Counted from the stretch's first letter, positions 10,619-22,227 are shown. The stretch: 64,000 bases of DNA from an uncultured Gemmatimonadota bacterium (GCA_964480515.1 CAYZOT010000001.1:215288-279287), one strand, 5' to 3'. The notes: generated by a model not told the origin, from the sequence alone. A program made the numbers and translations.

Positions 10619-11416
10619 ATGTTGATCGAAGAGAATCCAAAAACAACCCTCTCTTTATTCGCCGTTCTACTAGTGCTCGGTTGTGCCGGAGCAAGCAGCG
10701 ACCCGGACAACACTCCGGAGATCGAGTTACACGATCCGTTGACCATCATGACACCTCCCAACCAGCTAACTGAAGAAGAAACCGCCGAAGGATTTGAACT
10801 ACTGTTTGACGGAGCATCATTGCATCGTTGGAGAGGGTACGGTTGCGATCGAGTTCCGGCCGGGTGGACGGCAACAGGAGGCACAATCGCTTTTGCACCA
10901 GATGTGGAAGGGGAGCCCCAAGACCCACCTTACGTTTGCGGTGACCTTATCACACGGGAGACTTACACCGATTTTGATCTTCGACTCGAGTGGAAGGTGA
11001 ATTCGGCAGGGAATAGCGGAATTTTCTTCGGCATTGTCGAAAACAACGGACCACCATACGAGTCTGGGCCGGAGATGCAGGTGCTCGATAACGATGGGCA
11101 TGCTGATGGGAAAAACCCACTAACGTCAGCGGGATCTAACTACGGATTGAACGCGCCATCGGTGAATACTACACGGCCGGCTGGCCACTGGAATCAAGCG
11201 CGCATCACGCGTCAAGGAGACTACGTCGAATATTGGTTGAACGGCCTGAATGTTGTCGAGTACAAACTTGGATCTCCTGAGTGGAGACAACTTGTCGCCA
11301 AAAGCAAGTTTGCTGACTGGCCCGACTACGGAATACACCACGAGGGGCACATCGGGCTCCAGGACCACGGCGATCCAGTCTGGTATCGGAACATCCGGAT
11401 TCGAAGACTCAACTAA
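10619..11416 (+). CDS. DUF1080 (3-keto-disaccharide hydrolase-like) lipoprotein
   Basis: LFDG.SL, DFDL.LEWK, GNSGIF, EMQVLD, GHIGLQDHG, YRNIRIR; lipobox LVLGC. The ORF-track extension from 10334 overlaps the MFS gene and was discarded. Confidence 0.9.
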   Translation: MLIEENPKTTLSLFAVLLVLGCAGASSDPDNTPEIELHDPLTIMTPPNQLTEEETAEGFELLFDGASLHRWRGYGCDRVPAGWTATGGTIAFAPDVEGEPQDPPYVCGDLITRETYTDFDLRLEWKVNSAGNSGIFFGIVENNGPPYESGPEMQVLDNDGHADGKNPLTSAGSNYGLNAPSVNTTRPAGHWNQARITRQGDYVEYWLNGLNVVEYKLGSPEWRQLVAKSKFADWPDYGIHHEGHIGLQDHGDPVWYRNIRIRRLN

Positions 11417-11534
11417 TCAAAACCACACCTTGTACGTTGTACGCAAAAGTCGCTTATAAAGGACAGACGTCGAAGCCTAGAGATAGTGGAATAGAGGATA
11501 TGGTGTGGCAGGATAGTGATCGGAACATTGTTAG

Positions 11535-12413
11535 ATGAACGTACACCTGGTCGACGGAACGTATGAGTTATTTCGACACTTCTATGCCATGCCCTCAGCA
11601 AAGAACGCGGGCGGGCATGAGGTCGCCGCGGCCCGTGGTGTAGTCGGGTCAATGTTGCGGCTCGTCGAATCAGGAGCTACCCACATCGCCGTAGCCACCG
11701 ACCACGTGATCGAGTCGTTTCGGAATAAACTCTGGCCAGGCTATAAGGATGGATCCACGATTGATCCAGCGCTCCTTTCGCAGTTCCCCTTAGTCGAAGA
11801 AGCACTAGAAGCAGCCGGATTTGTCGTATGGCGGATGGTGGAGTATGAGGCAGATGATGGAATGGCATCCGGTGCTACGATGGCATCGGCTGACGAGCGT
11901 GTAGAACAAGTACTCATCTGCACCCCCGACAAGGATCTCGCTCAATGCGTAGTCGGCGATCGCGTTGTTCAATTCGACCGAAGACAACGGATTCTTAGGA
12001 ATGAAATCGGTGTGATCGACAAGTTCGGAGTAGGTCCGGGCGCAATCCCAGATTGGCTTGCACTGGTGGGAGATACTGCGGACGGCTTCCCAGGGATTAA
12101 GGGGTTTGGTGCCAAAACCTCAGCGGCACTTCTTTCCTGTTACGCTCGGATCGAAGACATCCCACCAGAGGGAAAGGACTGGGTTGTTTCAGTGCGCAGT
12201 TCGGAACGTCTCGCCATTCGACTTTCTGAGCAAATCGAGGATGCCATCCTATTTCGTCAACTCGCGACACTCGTCACTGACGCACCAGTTTCCATGAATG
12301 TGGACGAACTGGAGTGGAAGGGGGCCCACACAAGCTTCCCATTGGTCGCCCAAGTGCTCGATTCGGTCGACCTGGCTCACCAAGCCGACCGACTAGCCGA
12401 GGCACTGGCGTGA
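11535..12413 (+). CDS. Stand-alone 5'-3' exonuclease / flap endonuclease
   Basis: LVDGT, EADD, DKD, LALVGD.ADGFPGIKGFG.KT helix-hairpin. Confidence 0.92.
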   Translation: MNVHLVDGTYELFRHFYAMPSAKNAGGHEVAAARGVVGSMLRLVESGATHIAVATDHVIESFRNKLWPGYKDGSTIDPALLSQFPLVEEALEAAGFVVWRMVEYEADDGMASGATMASADERVEQVLICTPDKDLAQCVVGDRVVQFDRRQRILRNEIGVIDKFGVGPGAIPDWLALVGDTADGFPGIKGFGAKTSAALLSCYARIEDIPPEGKDWVVSVRSSERLAIRLSEQIEDAILFRQLATLVTDAPVSMNVDELEWKGAHTSFPLVAQVLDSVDLAHQADRLAEALA

Positions 12414-12416
12414 GGT

Positions 12417-13925
12417 TTAATCCTCGATCTTCGGAACCGCTTCCATCAATAGAGAAATAGCCGCGTTCAGATTGCGACCACCAGGTCCTGACCCTGTATA
12501 TTTACCTAAGCGTGCAATGACGAGTCCTCGGGCCGGAATAATGACCGTGTACTGTCCTCCGGCACCGGCAAACGCTCCATAATCGTCTTCAATCGGAAAC
12601 CCGAGGTCTTTCCAGAGGAAACCTCCCCCATACACAGGTCGTCCGTCATCCTCCCAAGCTGGGGCAACCTCAAACGCGTAATCCACGTATCCCTCAGGCA
12701 AGATGCGCTCTCCCTCCCACACCCCATCCTGAAGGTACAGATTGCCCAGTCGTGTCCAATCGCGCGCGGAACCGAATTCATACCCTTGAGTTAGGAAGTT
12801 TCCGTTCGGGTCCGTCTCCATGATGAGGTGTTGGATTCCGAGTTTGTCGAACAGATGGCGTTGGGGAAACGCATGATAGTTCTCACCGCGCCCCTCGACA
12901 GCGAGTCGGGTAAGATAATTTGTGAGCGCTGGGTCGGTGTTCCGATATCGCCCAACTGTATTGGGCTCCCATTGCTGTGGGCGCGTTGACGCCCACTCAA
13001 ACGCATTGTATCCCGTGTAGAGGTAGAGGTGGTCAGGGTACCCCATCTCGGGCGTGTAGTCGGGATCACCAGGCGCGACAATCCGGATCCCACTCGACAT
13101 CCTCATGATGTCGGCAATACGGATTTCGCTTCGGGCATCTCCCTGCCATTCCGGTATCGGAGCAGGTTGCCAGAGGTCGTAGACACCCTGCTGAATGAGC
13201 ACAGCCATAAGCGTCCCTGTAAGTGACTTGCCCATCGACCAACTCTCGAAGGGCGTATGCATATCAACGCCGGGCCCGTAATCCTCCCCGATGATGCGAC
13301 CCTTGTATGTGACTACAAAGCCAAGTGTCTTCCCTTCCTGATCCATCGCGATCTCGACAGCCTCATTGACTTTGGCCATATCGATTTCGGACGGGGCAGG
13401 CATATCGGGTAAAACGTCACCCATTGGCCACGGGGTTGTCTCTGGATCCGGGGTCATTGGCTCGACAACAGAGGGTTCGAAGTAGATGGAGTCCTCTCCC
13501 AGCGGGTGCGTAATACAACCTTGACTTCCATATAGCTTGGCGGAACGAACAATCCCTGATCCGAGTGTCAGACTCACGCTCTTGTTCTCAAAGTCCACCA
13601 CCGTATCGACCACTGCAGACCGCTGATCGAAGGGGCTGGTAAAACCACCCACGTTCGCCGCAGCATCACGCCAATCTAGACCTGTGATAAAGACAGCCGA
13701 GCACAACGTCTTCGCGAACCCAGACGTGTGGTGAACAATCGGCTCTCCAGGAGGCGGATCCCACTGCGTCGGGAGTTCAAGAGATTCACCGCGTGCAATG
13801 AGTGCTGCCACAGGATCGTCATCGGACGCACCTCTGGCATCCATCGCCTCTTGAGGCCCACAAGCAATCAATCCCGTAAGCATCAAAGACGAGATTGATA
13901 GTGTTCGAGTTTTCACGCGCTGCAT
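12417..13925 (-). CDS. Serine hydrolase lipoprotein (class C beta-lactamase / NylB-like fold)
   Basis: Lipobox LIAC; SWSMGKS (SxxK); YRN (YxN); GAGGQ. Confidence 0.85.
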   Translation of the reverse strand: MQRVKTRTLSISSLMLTGLIACGPQEAMDARGASDDDPVAALIARGESLELPTQWDPPPGEPIVHHTSGFAKTLCSAVFITGLDWRDAAANVGGFTSPFDQRSAVVDTVVDFENKSVSLTLGSGIVRSAKLYGSQGCITHPLGEDSIYFEPSVVEPMTPDPETTPWPMGDVLPDMPAPSEIDMAKVNEAVEIAMDQEGKTLGFVVTYKGRIIGEDYGPGVDMHTPFESWSMGKSLTGTLMAVLIQQGVYDLWQPAPIPEWQGDARSEIRIADIMRMSSGIRIVAPGDPDYTPEMGYPDHLYLYTGYNAFEWASTRPQQWEPNTVGRYRNTDPALTNYLTRLAVEGRGENYHAFPQRHLFDKLGIQHLIMETDPNGNFLTQGYEFGSARDWTRLGNLYLQDGVWEGERILPEGYVDYAFEVAPAWEDDGRPVYGGGFLWKDLGFPIEDDYGAFAGAGGQYTVIIPARGLVIARLGKYTGSGPGGRNLNAAISLLMEAVPKIED

Positions 13926-14032
13926 AGAGTCCTCCGGTCAGTTTCCGAAACGTCCGCCTGAACGTGCGCGGGTTCTCGTACCTCGACAAGGTGGAGGAAC
14001 TCGGAACCCTGTTTGAGCAAACCGCATCGGAT

Positions 14033-16384
14033 TCAGTTGGGCTGGACCAACTTGTATTCTCGTGGTGGCTTTGATCCCATGAGATGCTCTACGAAATAGT
14101 CCCACGTTCGCCGGATCAGATAGGGTTCACGGGCATATCCATGATTCCGATTCGGAAACACGAGCATGTCGAAATCTTTGTTATGCTTCATGAGTTCGTT
14201 TGCCACCACGATGGTCATATTTGGATGGACGTTATCGTCGAGCGTCCCGTAATGTAGTAACAGCTTTCCCTTCAGATTTGCAGCCAGGTTTTGGTTCGCC
14301 TGCGAGTCGAAGCTGTCGGTACCATCACCGTTGTGGGTTAGCAGGCCCTGGTACTTCTCACCCCACTTCGAACTGTAACCACGCTGATCATGGTTCCCGG
14401 CGCCCGAAACAGCCACCTTGAAAAAGTCCGGATGCCTAAGAATGGCGTCCGTCGAAGCGAAGCCGCCCCCTGAGTGCCCAAAAATTCCGACACGATCCAG
14501 GTCGACCGGATATGTGAGCGCCAACTCCTTGAGTGCTGAAATATGATCTGGGATGCCATTGTCTCCCATATCTTCATAGTAGATGTCATGAAACGCCTTC
14601 GATCGAAATGGCGTACCCATCGCGTCAACTGAAAAGGCAACAAACCCGAGTTCTGCAAACGCATGTCCCTGCCCTCGGGGCCCAGTTGTGAACCCGGGCG
14701 ACCTAATGGGCCCTATTTGTGGGCCTGGGTAAACGTAGTCGATGATCGGATAGCGCATCCCCTCTTCCCGGTCCGGCGGGAGCCAGAGGTATCCATACAC
14801 ATCGGTCACGCCGTCACGTGCCTTCGCAACAAAACGAACGGGAGGTTCCCAACCAGCCTCAAGGAGCGGATCGATATCGGCTTCCTCGATAGTCATTAGA
14901 ACACGACCCTCGACATCTCTGAGAACGGTCATCGGAGCCTCAGAGCGCAGGGAATACGTATCTACGAAGAACCGTCCCCCCGGCGACACGCTCACCTCAT
15001 GATCCATATCCTCAGGCGTAAGAAGCGTGACCCCACCACCATCAATCGAAGCTCGGTACAGATGCCGAGTATAAGGATCCCGATCCGGTTCACGACCGAC
15101 GGCTGTGAAGTAGACCTGACGGGATTCGTCGTCTACGTAAAGCAGGTCGAGCACAAGCCAGGAACCGCTCGTGACCTGATTCTTGAGTTGACCATTTTCT
15201 ACATTGTACAAATATAGGTGTCCCCAACCATCACGTTCTGAGAACCACACAACTTCACGGCCGTTATCAAGCACCTGCCAGTTCGGTGTGAGTGAAGTGA
15301 GCTGGTTGAGTTCAACGTATGTATCCCCATTTTCGACAATTACGGACCGGGAAACTCCAGTGGAGGCATCCATCTCCATTAGTGTTTGAGTCTTGTAATC
15401 ACGCGTCCCATCTACAAAAAAGACGCGCTCACCATCCGAACTCCACTGAACGTTCGTCCAAGTCGGTCCGGCATTATCATTCCCGCGACCAATAGACCGC
15501 GCCACCATGGGAGCACGATCGGCGCGCACCCCTTCACCAGTTTCGACATCGAACACGTAAAGCTCCCACTGAGGTATCACTGAATCCCCCGGCATCGCAT
15601 ACCGATAGCTATGAAGAATCGGCCGTCCGACAGCCGCCTCAAGCAAGTGGAGATCCTTTATGTCACGCTCGTCATAGCGGTGAGTCGCGATTCGACGTCC
15701 GTTGGGCGACCACGGCAGGACCGGTGCAGGCTTGTCCCCGCTACGCCGGTTTGTAATCCCTGCGCAGCACCCCTCAGGAACGACGCCATAGCCGTAGTGA
15801 AGCTCTCCGCCCTGTGACAGTTGACGTTCTTCATCCGTTGACGTGTCTCGTACCCAAAGGTTTTCGCCGCGTGAAAACGCTGTGTGCGCACCATCGTTTG
15901 ATTTTATTTCATCCGTAACCCGCGCTACCGAATCGGGGCCACTGCAGCTATAGGACAGGATATCGCACTGCCAGCGCTCGAAAGTATCGGTCCAAAACTG
16001 GATCTCGCCTGAGCTTGTAAACTCGAATTCGTCGAAGGGAAGGTGCCCAGCCTCGTAGTTCTCCTCTCCTGCCTCTGACAATGCTGCTGCCAGTTGGTCA
16101 TGATCAAAGACCGGTCGTCGTGTACGGGCACCCGCATCGACCATAATGAACTCATGTCCGCCGAAAACTTGGTTTCGATACCAAAACCGGTTGTCATCAA
16201 CCCACTTCGGTTGTACCGATGTCCCAGCTGTCAACTTCTCGGCGTTCCAGTAGACAAACTGCTCAGCACGAGCGTAGTCACTTGTGGTCAGAGCATCCGG
16301 CGAATACGCCGTCGTGGTTTGGCTCGACAAGTTTTCAGCTGTGAACATCACGAGTATGGAGACGATCAAAGCGAGTCGTTTCAT
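14033..16384 (-). CDS. Secreted S9 peptidase (DPP IV N-terminal propeller + alpha/beta hydrolase)
   Basis: Signal peptide MKRLAL after AGGAGG; GHSGGG nucleophile; DDNVH; FPNRNHG. Confidence 0.92.
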   Translation of the reverse strand: MKRLALIVSILVMFTAENLSSQTTTAYSPDALTTSDYARAEQFVYWNAEKLTAGTSVQPKWVDDNRFWYRNQVFGGHEFIMVDAGARTRRPVFDHDQLAAALSEAGEENYEAGHLPFDEFEFTSSGEIQFWTDTFERWQCDILSYSCSGPDSVARVTDEIKSNDGAHTAFSRGENLWVRDTSTDEERQLSQGGELHYGYGVVPEGCCAGITNRRSGDKPAPVLPWSPNGRRIATHRYDERDIKDLHLLEAAVGRPILHSYRYAMPGDSVIPQWELYVFDVETGEGVRADRAPMVARSIGRGNDNAGPTWTNVQWSSDGERVFFVDGTRDYKTQTLMEMDASTGVSRSVIVENGDTYVELNQLTSLTPNWQVLDNGREVVWFSERDGWGHLYLYNVENGQLKNQVTSGSWLVLDLLYVDDESRQVYFTAVGREPDRDPYTRHLYRASIDGGGVTLLTPEDMDHEVSVSPGGRFFVDTYSLRSEAPMTVLRDVEGRVLMTIEEADIDPLLEAGWEPPVRFVAKARDGVTDVYGYLWLPPDREEGMRYPIIDYVYPGPQIGPIRSPGFTTGPRGQGHAFAELGFVAFSVDAMGTPFRSKAFHDIYYEDMGDNGIPDHISALKELALTYPVDLDRVGIFGHSGGGFASTDAILRHPDFFKVAVSGAGNHDQRGYSSKWGEKYQGLLTHNGDGTDSFDSQANQNLAANLKGKLLLHYGTLDDNVHPNMTIVVANELMKHNKDFDMLVFPNRNHGYAREPYLIRRTWDYFVEHLMGSKPPREYKLVQPN

Positions 16385-16530
16385 GGTATCCTCCTGATTA
16401 GGACTACACGAAACATAGTCACTTTTCCTTAAGATCTGGTAGAGTACGTAGTTAGACGAGAACAACGCGGCCGTTGCGGACCTTTGTGGCCGCGCGCTAG
16501 CGTGGCGTTGGACTTTAATCAGGAGTTCAA

Positions 16531-18000
16531 TTGCAAGTAGCTACAGGACAAGTCCGGCCTCAACGCTTGTTCGTCGCAAGCTGTGTCTCATTGGTCGCTA
16601 CTTCGGTGACGTTTGCCGTCATCGGTGCGATCATGCTCACGCTCAAGCGTGAGTTCACGCTGTCAAACCTTGAGATCGGGTGGATTGGTGGCGCCGGCCT
16701 CTGGGGTTTCGCGGTATCACAACTCCTGTTTGCCCCCTTCTGCGACACGCTCGGTATGCGCCGGCTGCTCCGATTGGCATTCCTATGTCACCTCGCAGGC
16801 GCAATAATTCTCGTCTTCTCGGGCGGTTTCTGGCCGTTGTTCTTTGGGGCGCTGACGCTCGCGCTGGGTAACGGCCTAGTCGAAGCTGCGTGTAACCCAC
16901 TTGTGGCAACGCTTTACCCTGACAACAAAACGGTCAAACTAAATCAGTTCCATATGTGGTTCCCCGGAGGAATTGTCATCGGATCTGTACTTGCCTACGC
17001 GCTCGATCAGATCGGACTTGATGCGTGGCAACTAAAGGTTTGTTTGATCATCCTGCCTACGCTCACATACGGGTGGCTCATCCGGCGCGAGACATTCCCA
17101 TCCACGGAAGGAGTCCAGGCTGGCGTGAGTATGCGGGAGATGTTTCGGGTAACACTCACGACCCCGCTAATGCTACTCATGCTATTTTGCATGGTGATCA
17201 CGGCCTCGACTGAACTGGGGCCGAACCGATGGGTTCCACCTGTACTGGAGGCCGGCGGGATCCCTGGTATCCTTGTCCTCGCTTGGATCAACGGGATTAT
17301 GGCGGTGCTTCGGTACAAGGCAAGTTTCGCGATAAAACGATTCTCCCCCACCGGCGTCCTCCTGTCCAGCGCAGTTGTGTCTTTCTTTGGTCTCTTATGG
17401 CTTAGCTACGCTGGAACGACTTTGGTCGCGTTCACATCTGCCACAATTTTCGCTGTTGGAATTTGCTATTTTTGGCCGACCATGCTTGGCTTCGTTTCAG
17501 AACGCATACCCCGCTCTGGCGCACTCGGGCTTGGGCTTATGGGCGCCATCGGTATGGCAAGTGTGGGCCTTATTACAACACCGTGGATGGGTCGGATCGC
17601 AGACGAACTCGGGCACGAACAGCTCCCGTTGGCCGAGACAACCGAACTTTTACACGACGTTGAGGCTTCATTCCCCTCACCCGACGAAACGAACGACTCG
17701 GATTTGGCCGCAGCCAGTTTTGCGGTTGAAGATGTAATAGCGCGCATGAGTGTAGATGGAGCACTGCCAGAACTGATGACCGCTAATGCGCTTCGGGCCA
17801 TTCTCAACTCGGGCGGCCCAGACGACCTTGTCGACCGTGCTGGTGCCATCCTTGGACCTTCAGAAAACTATGGTGGGCGTGCCTCTTTCCGGTATATCCT
17901 CCCATTCACGGGTGCACTGATTCTCATCTTCGGGTTGCTCTTCGTACAGGACCGACGGACAGGCGGGTACCGTGTGACCCGTATCGAAGAAGGAGTGTAG
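16531..18000 (+). CDS. MFS transporter (probable sugar/glycoside permease)
   Basis: TTG start after AGGAG; many TM segments; GNGLVEAACNP, LNQFH.WFPGG; first gene of a sugar oxidoreductase operon. Confidence 0.85.
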   Translation: MQVATGQVRPQRLFVASCVSLVATSVTFAVIGAIMLTLKREFTLSNLEIGWIGGAGLWGFAVSQLLFAPFCDTLGMRRLLRLAFLCHLAGAIILVFSGGFWPLFFGALTLALGNGLVEAACNPLVATLYPDNKTVKLNQFHMWFPGGIVIGSVLAYALDQIGLDAWQLKVCLIILPTLTYGWLIRRETFPSTEGVQAGVSMREMFRVTLTTPLMLLMLFCMVITASTELGPNRWVPPVLEAGGIPGILVLAWINGIMAVLRYKASFAIKRFSPTGVLLSSAVVSFFGLLWLSYAGTTLVAFTSATIFAVGICYFWPTMLGFVSERIPRSGALGLGLMGAIGMASVGLITTPWMGRIADELGHEQLPLAETTELLHDVEASFPSPDETNDSDLAAASFAVEDVIARMSVDGALPELMTANALRAILNSGGPDDLVDRAGAILGPSENYGGRASFRYILPFTGALILIFGLLFVQDRRTGGYRVTRIEEGV

Positions 18001-18007
18001 TTACAAC

Positions 18008-19168
18008 ATGCTGCGCTTTGGAATGGTAGGGGGCGGTCCAGGCTCCTTTATAGGGGAAGTACACCTGATGGCTGCCGGCCTGGATGGACAGGCCCAGCTC
18101 GTGGCTGGCGCGTTCTCATCCGATCCCGCAAAGTCAAAAACCAGAGGGCATGAGTTGGGTCTTGATCCCAACCGAATCTATGGGACCTATCAAGAGATGG
18201 CTCAAGCTGAGGCGGCCCGGGAGGATGGCATCGACTTCGTGGTGATCGTCACCCCTAATCACTTACACTTCGATATCGCTCGCGTATTTCTCGAAGCAGA
18301 GTTTCACGTAGTCTGCGACAAGCCCCTCACGACCACCCTGGAGGATGCCGAGGAACTATGCCGTGTGGTAGCGGAGGGCAGATCCGTATTCGTAGTTACA
18401 CATAACTACACAGGGTACCCAATGATTAAAGAAGCCCGCCAGCTGGTCCGCGAAGGACGACTAGGCCGGGTTCGTCGTATCCAAGTCGAATACATACAGG
18501 GATGGCTCTCCACTCCTCTCGAACAAACAGGACAACGGCAAGCCGTTTGGCGTACCAACCCGACTCAAGCTGGCATCGCAGGGGCGTTAGGAGACATCGG
18601 GACCCATGCCCATAACCTTGCCCGCTATGTGACCGGCCTAGAGGTCGAAGAGCTATATGCAGATCTGACTACATTTGTTGAAGGACGAGAACTCGACGAT
18701 GATGCAAGTCTGCTTCTTCGGTGGAGTGATGGCGCGCGAGGAACACTCATAGCATCACAGATTGCCTACGGTGAAGAGAATGGCCTCACATTACGCGTCT
18801 ATGGGACTGAAGGTTCGATCGCATGGAGACAGGAAGAGCCAGAGACATTGATGCTCAAGATTGACAATATGACGACGATTTCTCGACGAGGCACCGCGGA
18901 GCTTAGTGAAATGGCCCAGCACTGCTCACGTCTCCCGCCAGGGCATCCCGAAGGCTTCATTGAAGGCTTTGCGAACTTGTACCAAAACGCAGTACGGACA
19001 ATCGAAGCGCGAAAGGCCGGGGGCCATCCCACAACAGCCGACCTCGACTTTCCAACCGTGTGGGATGGGGCAAGGGGAGTTCACTTTATCGAACGGGCGC
19101 TGGAGAGCACACGATTGGGTGGCTGGGTTGATGCACGCTATACACCACCGCAGGAGCCCTCTCAATGA
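18008..19168 (+). CDS. Gfo/Idh/MocA family NAD-dependent oxidoreductase
   Basis: GMVGGG..SFIG, VTPNHLH, CDKP, GDIGTH, GHPEG. Confidence 0.93.
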   Translation: MLRFGMVGGGPGSFIGEVHLMAAGLDGQAQLVAGAFSSDPAKSKTRGHELGLDPNRIYGTYQEMAQAEAAREDGIDFVVIVTPNHLHFDIARVFLEAEFHVVCDKPLTTTLEDAEELCRVVAEGRSVFVVTHNYTGYPMIKEARQLVREGRLGRVRRIQVEYIQGWLSTPLEQTGQRQAVWRTNPTQAGIAGALGDIGTHAHNLARYVTGLEVEELYADLTTFVEGRELDDDASLLLRWSDGARGTLIASQIAYGEENGLTLRVYGTEGSIAWRQEEPETLMLKIDNMTTISRRGTAELSEMAQHCSRLPPGHPEGFIEGFANLYQNAVRTIEARKAGGHPTTADLDFPTVWDGARGVHFIERALESTRLGGWVDARYTPPQEPSQ

Positions 19169-20169
19169 TGGGAAGACCAATAACGCTTTTCACAGGCCAA
19201 TGGGCTGATCTTTCTCTACAAACACTCGTTGAAAAGGCGGCAACCTGGGGATACGACGGGCTTGAACTTGCGTGTTGGGGAGATCACTTCGATGTGGTCC
19301 GCGCGACAGAAGAGAAGGAGTATGTTGAAAATCAGCGCAGCCTGCTATCTACACATGGACTGAGTGTCCATGCGATCTCGAATCACCTCGTCGGGCAAGC
19401 AGTGTGCGACCCCATCGATGAACGTCACCAACCTCTCCTACCAGATCGAGTCTGGGGCGATGGCGACCCAGAGGGAGTACGGACACGCGCAGCAAGCGAA
19501 ATGCGGAGGACAGCAGAGGCAGCGGCAAAACTAGGAGTGCCTGTCGTTACAGGTTTCACTGGGAGTCCTATCTGGGCTGCAGCATACGCCTTTCCACCGC
19601 ATACAGCCGGGTATGTCGACGCCGGGTTTCAGGAGTTCGCCGACCGGTGGAACCCCATCCTCGACGCGTTTGATGAGGCCGGGGTAAAATTCGCGCTGGA
19701 GGCTCACCCCACTGAAATTGCCTTTGATTTGTCGACCGCAGAACGGGCGCTCGAGGCCGTCTCTCACCGGGAAACGTTCGGTTTCAATTATGACCCAAGC
19801 CACTTTGCTTATCAGGGCGTGGATTACATCCAGTTCCTATACGATTTTGCGGACCGCATCTACCATGTCCACATGAAGGACGTATGGTGGTCCGACGTGC
19901 CCACGCGATCAGGAACGTTCGGGGGGCACCTTGAGTTCGGACACGTCGATCGAGCGTGGGACTTCCGGTCCATCGGGCGAGGACGGGTCGACTTTGAGGA
20001 GATCATGCGAGCGCTAAACCGAATTGGTTACGCCGGGCCCCTATCAATCGAATGGGAGGACAGCGGATTAGATCGCGAGTATGGCGCCCGCGAAGCCTGT
20101 GAACAGGTCCGGGCGATGTCATTAGCACCCACCGACAGAGCCTTCGATACCTCGTTCTCTGCAGACTAA
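19165..20169 (+). CDS. Sugar phosphate isomerase/epimerase (xylose isomerase-like TIM barrel)
   Basis: [37 protein letters not shown] metal-binding set. Confidence 0.92.
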   Translation: MMGRPITLFTGQWADLSLQTLVEKAATWGYDGLELACWGDHFDVVRATEEKEYVENQRSLLSTHGLSVHAISNHLVGQAVCDPIDERHQPLLPDRVWGDGDPEGVRTRAASEMRRTAEAAAKLGVPVVTGFTGSPIWAAAYAFPPHTAGYVDAGFQEFADRWNPILDAFDEAGVKFALEAHPTEIAFDLSTAERALEAVSHRETFGFNYDPSHFAYQGVDYIQFLYDFADRIYHVHMKDVWWSDVPTRSGTFGGHLEFGHVDRAWDFRSIGRGRVDFEEIMRALNRIGYAGPLSIEWEDSGLDREYGAREACEQVRAMSLAPTDRAFDTSFSAD

Positions 20170-20190
20170 TCCGAAGATTGGAAACCAATC

Positions 20191-22227
20191 TTAAGACCCC
20201 AGACCACCTACCGTTTCATCGGACACCGGAGTCGAGGGAAGCGGGCTCCATAACGTACTGACACCAAGATCGTATGGTACCACGCTCCAGTCTCCGCTTT
20301 CATCATCGGGGAGCAAGAAGAGGGGGAAACGGTCCGGGTACGCCTCTATGAGGCGTGCGTTTTCTTCCGGTCCAAGATCGCGAACCCAGAGTGGTCCCTT
20401 CGGCGGCAGGCCGGGCAGATCATCAAGCCATAGATAGTTCGTAAGTCCCAAAGAACCAAGAGAGTCCGATTCAAAATCACGCTGACAACGGGTGTTCATC
20501 TCAGACAAGGGCAGACCAGCCATCGACGCCTGAAGCTGACACGGATGGAATCGGGTGAGTAATGTCCGGACACTGTCGAGCCGAAGCCCACCGCCGGCTA
20601 ACATCCCACCCACGCGGTCTGCCCAAGGTTCGTGAACAAAGACTAGCGATGGGCCTGACACATCGACGATCGCGCGCGGAGCTAACCGTGCCGAGTGTCG
20701 GGATAAGCGTTCCGGCGCCCCACGTAACGCTCCGAAGGTGAGAGCCGTGAGTAAGACGAGTGTAAGCCAGTCCGAAAACCACTGCAGACGAACAATACGA
20801 ACAAGTCCTAGGGCAGCCAGAACAAAGATGGCACACCAAGCGGGTACAGCCTCACCAAGCATACGCGGTCCAAAGATGAGGTCATGGTGCCAGTACAGCG
20901 CACTTGCCAAAACCGGCAAGGAAGCCCAGGCAAGAAAGATACGCTCGCCCCGAGTTAGTTTGGGGGCAAAAAGCAGGAATACACCGACAAGTGCGACTAT
21001 TGGAAACGGGGTTCCAAGAAGCTCACGTCCAAGTGAAACGAGCTCTGCGGAAGTATATCCGATAGCGTGTGTTACCCCATACATACGACCCCATGGATCC
21101 TCGTGAAATCCAAGACCGTGGTTCGGCCCGGAGGCCGCCACATATCCAAGCCTTAAGGGGGCTCCAAAAAAACGTGTGTTAAACCAACCAAATGCGATCG
21201 CAAACGGCAGGCCGCCTAAGGACCACCAACCAAGCCGTTTCCCGAGCCATGTCCAATTCAAACCGTAGCTCGGAGTCTGATCACTGACCAAATCCGGTTT
21301 ACCAATCTCGGATTTTATGGTTGATCGCCGATGTCTCTTAATCGATGTAAACCAGATTCCTGTTGTTACAACTACCCCTATCACAAGGCCGGAGACTGGA
21401 CGTGTCATCACCATGGCCCCAACCGCCGCACCCGCGCCTAGAGACCAGAGTGCGGTCCCATCCTCGGCTCGCAATGCGAGATAGAGTGCGACAGCAGCAA
21501 AGGCTGCAACGGTCGCATGGTTCATTAAACTCCCGGCGAGTGCTAGCAGAAGCGGACTACAAACGCTGAAAAGTGCTGCAAGCCGTGCAACACCTATCCT
21601 CCCAGGAAGAAGACGCTCGAACGAAAGGACCAGACAAAAGCCCATGACCGCCATCGCAATAGCCATCGAAACCCAGGGCGCACCAAGGGCAAAACCCGCT
21701 GCGAGCACCATAGCGTGCGCAGGCGGGTACTGAGACACCCAGCCAGCAGCTGTTTGAATCATAAACTGGATCGACCAAAACTCAGGCATAGCGAGTGGCG
21801 GACCCGATAGCTGTCCGGCAGCGAAGTAACGTGCCTGGATGAGCTGCACGCTGGCATCGTTCACTACTGTTCGTCCATCAAAGACGAACTTCGAGACCCA
21901 TATGGTTAGTGCTGCCCCGATGCCTCCGATGATGGTGGCTACTAACCACCGGGGCGGACGGGCTATAAGTGAACCTAACGAGGCTGCCGCGCGGGAGATT
22001 CGTCCACGCGTGACTAGAGCGATGCCAAGACTGGCCAAAAGGACGATGGGTACCCACCACCCAGCAACCAAGCCCCAGGTAAATTCCCACTGTTCGGCCC
22101 CTGCGCGCCGCATGAGATCCTCAGGAGTAGATTCTCCTGCGTTGAGCACAAAGAACGCGGGCACGGCGACAAGTGCAACGAACATCAGCCCAAGTAGACG
22201 TCTCCCTGCATCAAAAACCTGGTTCAC
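20191..22227 (-). CDS. GT-C fold membrane glycosyltransferase (ArnT/PMT-like)
   Basis: Multi-pass; ND...QA..FAAG.L, W.SQYPP, TRP, N.RFFG.P...GY, GPR patterns typical of this group. Confidence 0.65.
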   Translation of the reverse strand: MNQVFDAGRRLLGLMFVALVAVPAFFVLNAGESTPEDLMRRAGAEQWEFTWGLVAGWWVPIVLLASLGIALVTRGRISRAAASLGSLIARPPRWLVATIIGGIGAALTIWVSKFVFDGRTVVNDASVQLIQARYFAAGQLSGPPLAMPEFWSIQFMIQTAAGWVSQYPPAHAMVLAAGFALGAPWVSMAIAMAVMGFCLVLSFERLLPGRIGVARLAALFSVCSPLLLALAGSLMNHATVAAFAAVALYLALRAEDGTALWSLGAGAAVGAMVMTRPVSGLVIGVVVTTGIWFTSIKRHRRSTIKSEIGKPDLVSDQTPSYGLNWTWLGKRLGWWSLGGLPFAIAFGWFNTRFFGAPLRLGYVAASGPNHGLGFHEDPWGRMYGVTHAIGYTSAELVSLGRELLGTPFPIVALVGVFLLFAPKLTRGERIFLAWASLPVLASALYWHHDLIFGPRMLGEAVPAWCAIFVLAALGLVRIVRLQWFSDWLTLVLLTALTFGALRGAPERLSRHSARLAPRAIVDVSGPSLVFVHEPWADRVGGMLAGGGLRLDSVRTLLTRFHPCQLQASMAGLPLSEMNTRCQRDFESDSLGSLGLTNYLWLDDLPGLPPKGPLWVRDLGPEENARLIEAYPDRFPLFLLPDDESGDWSVVPYDLGVSTLWSPLPSTPVSDETVGGLGS

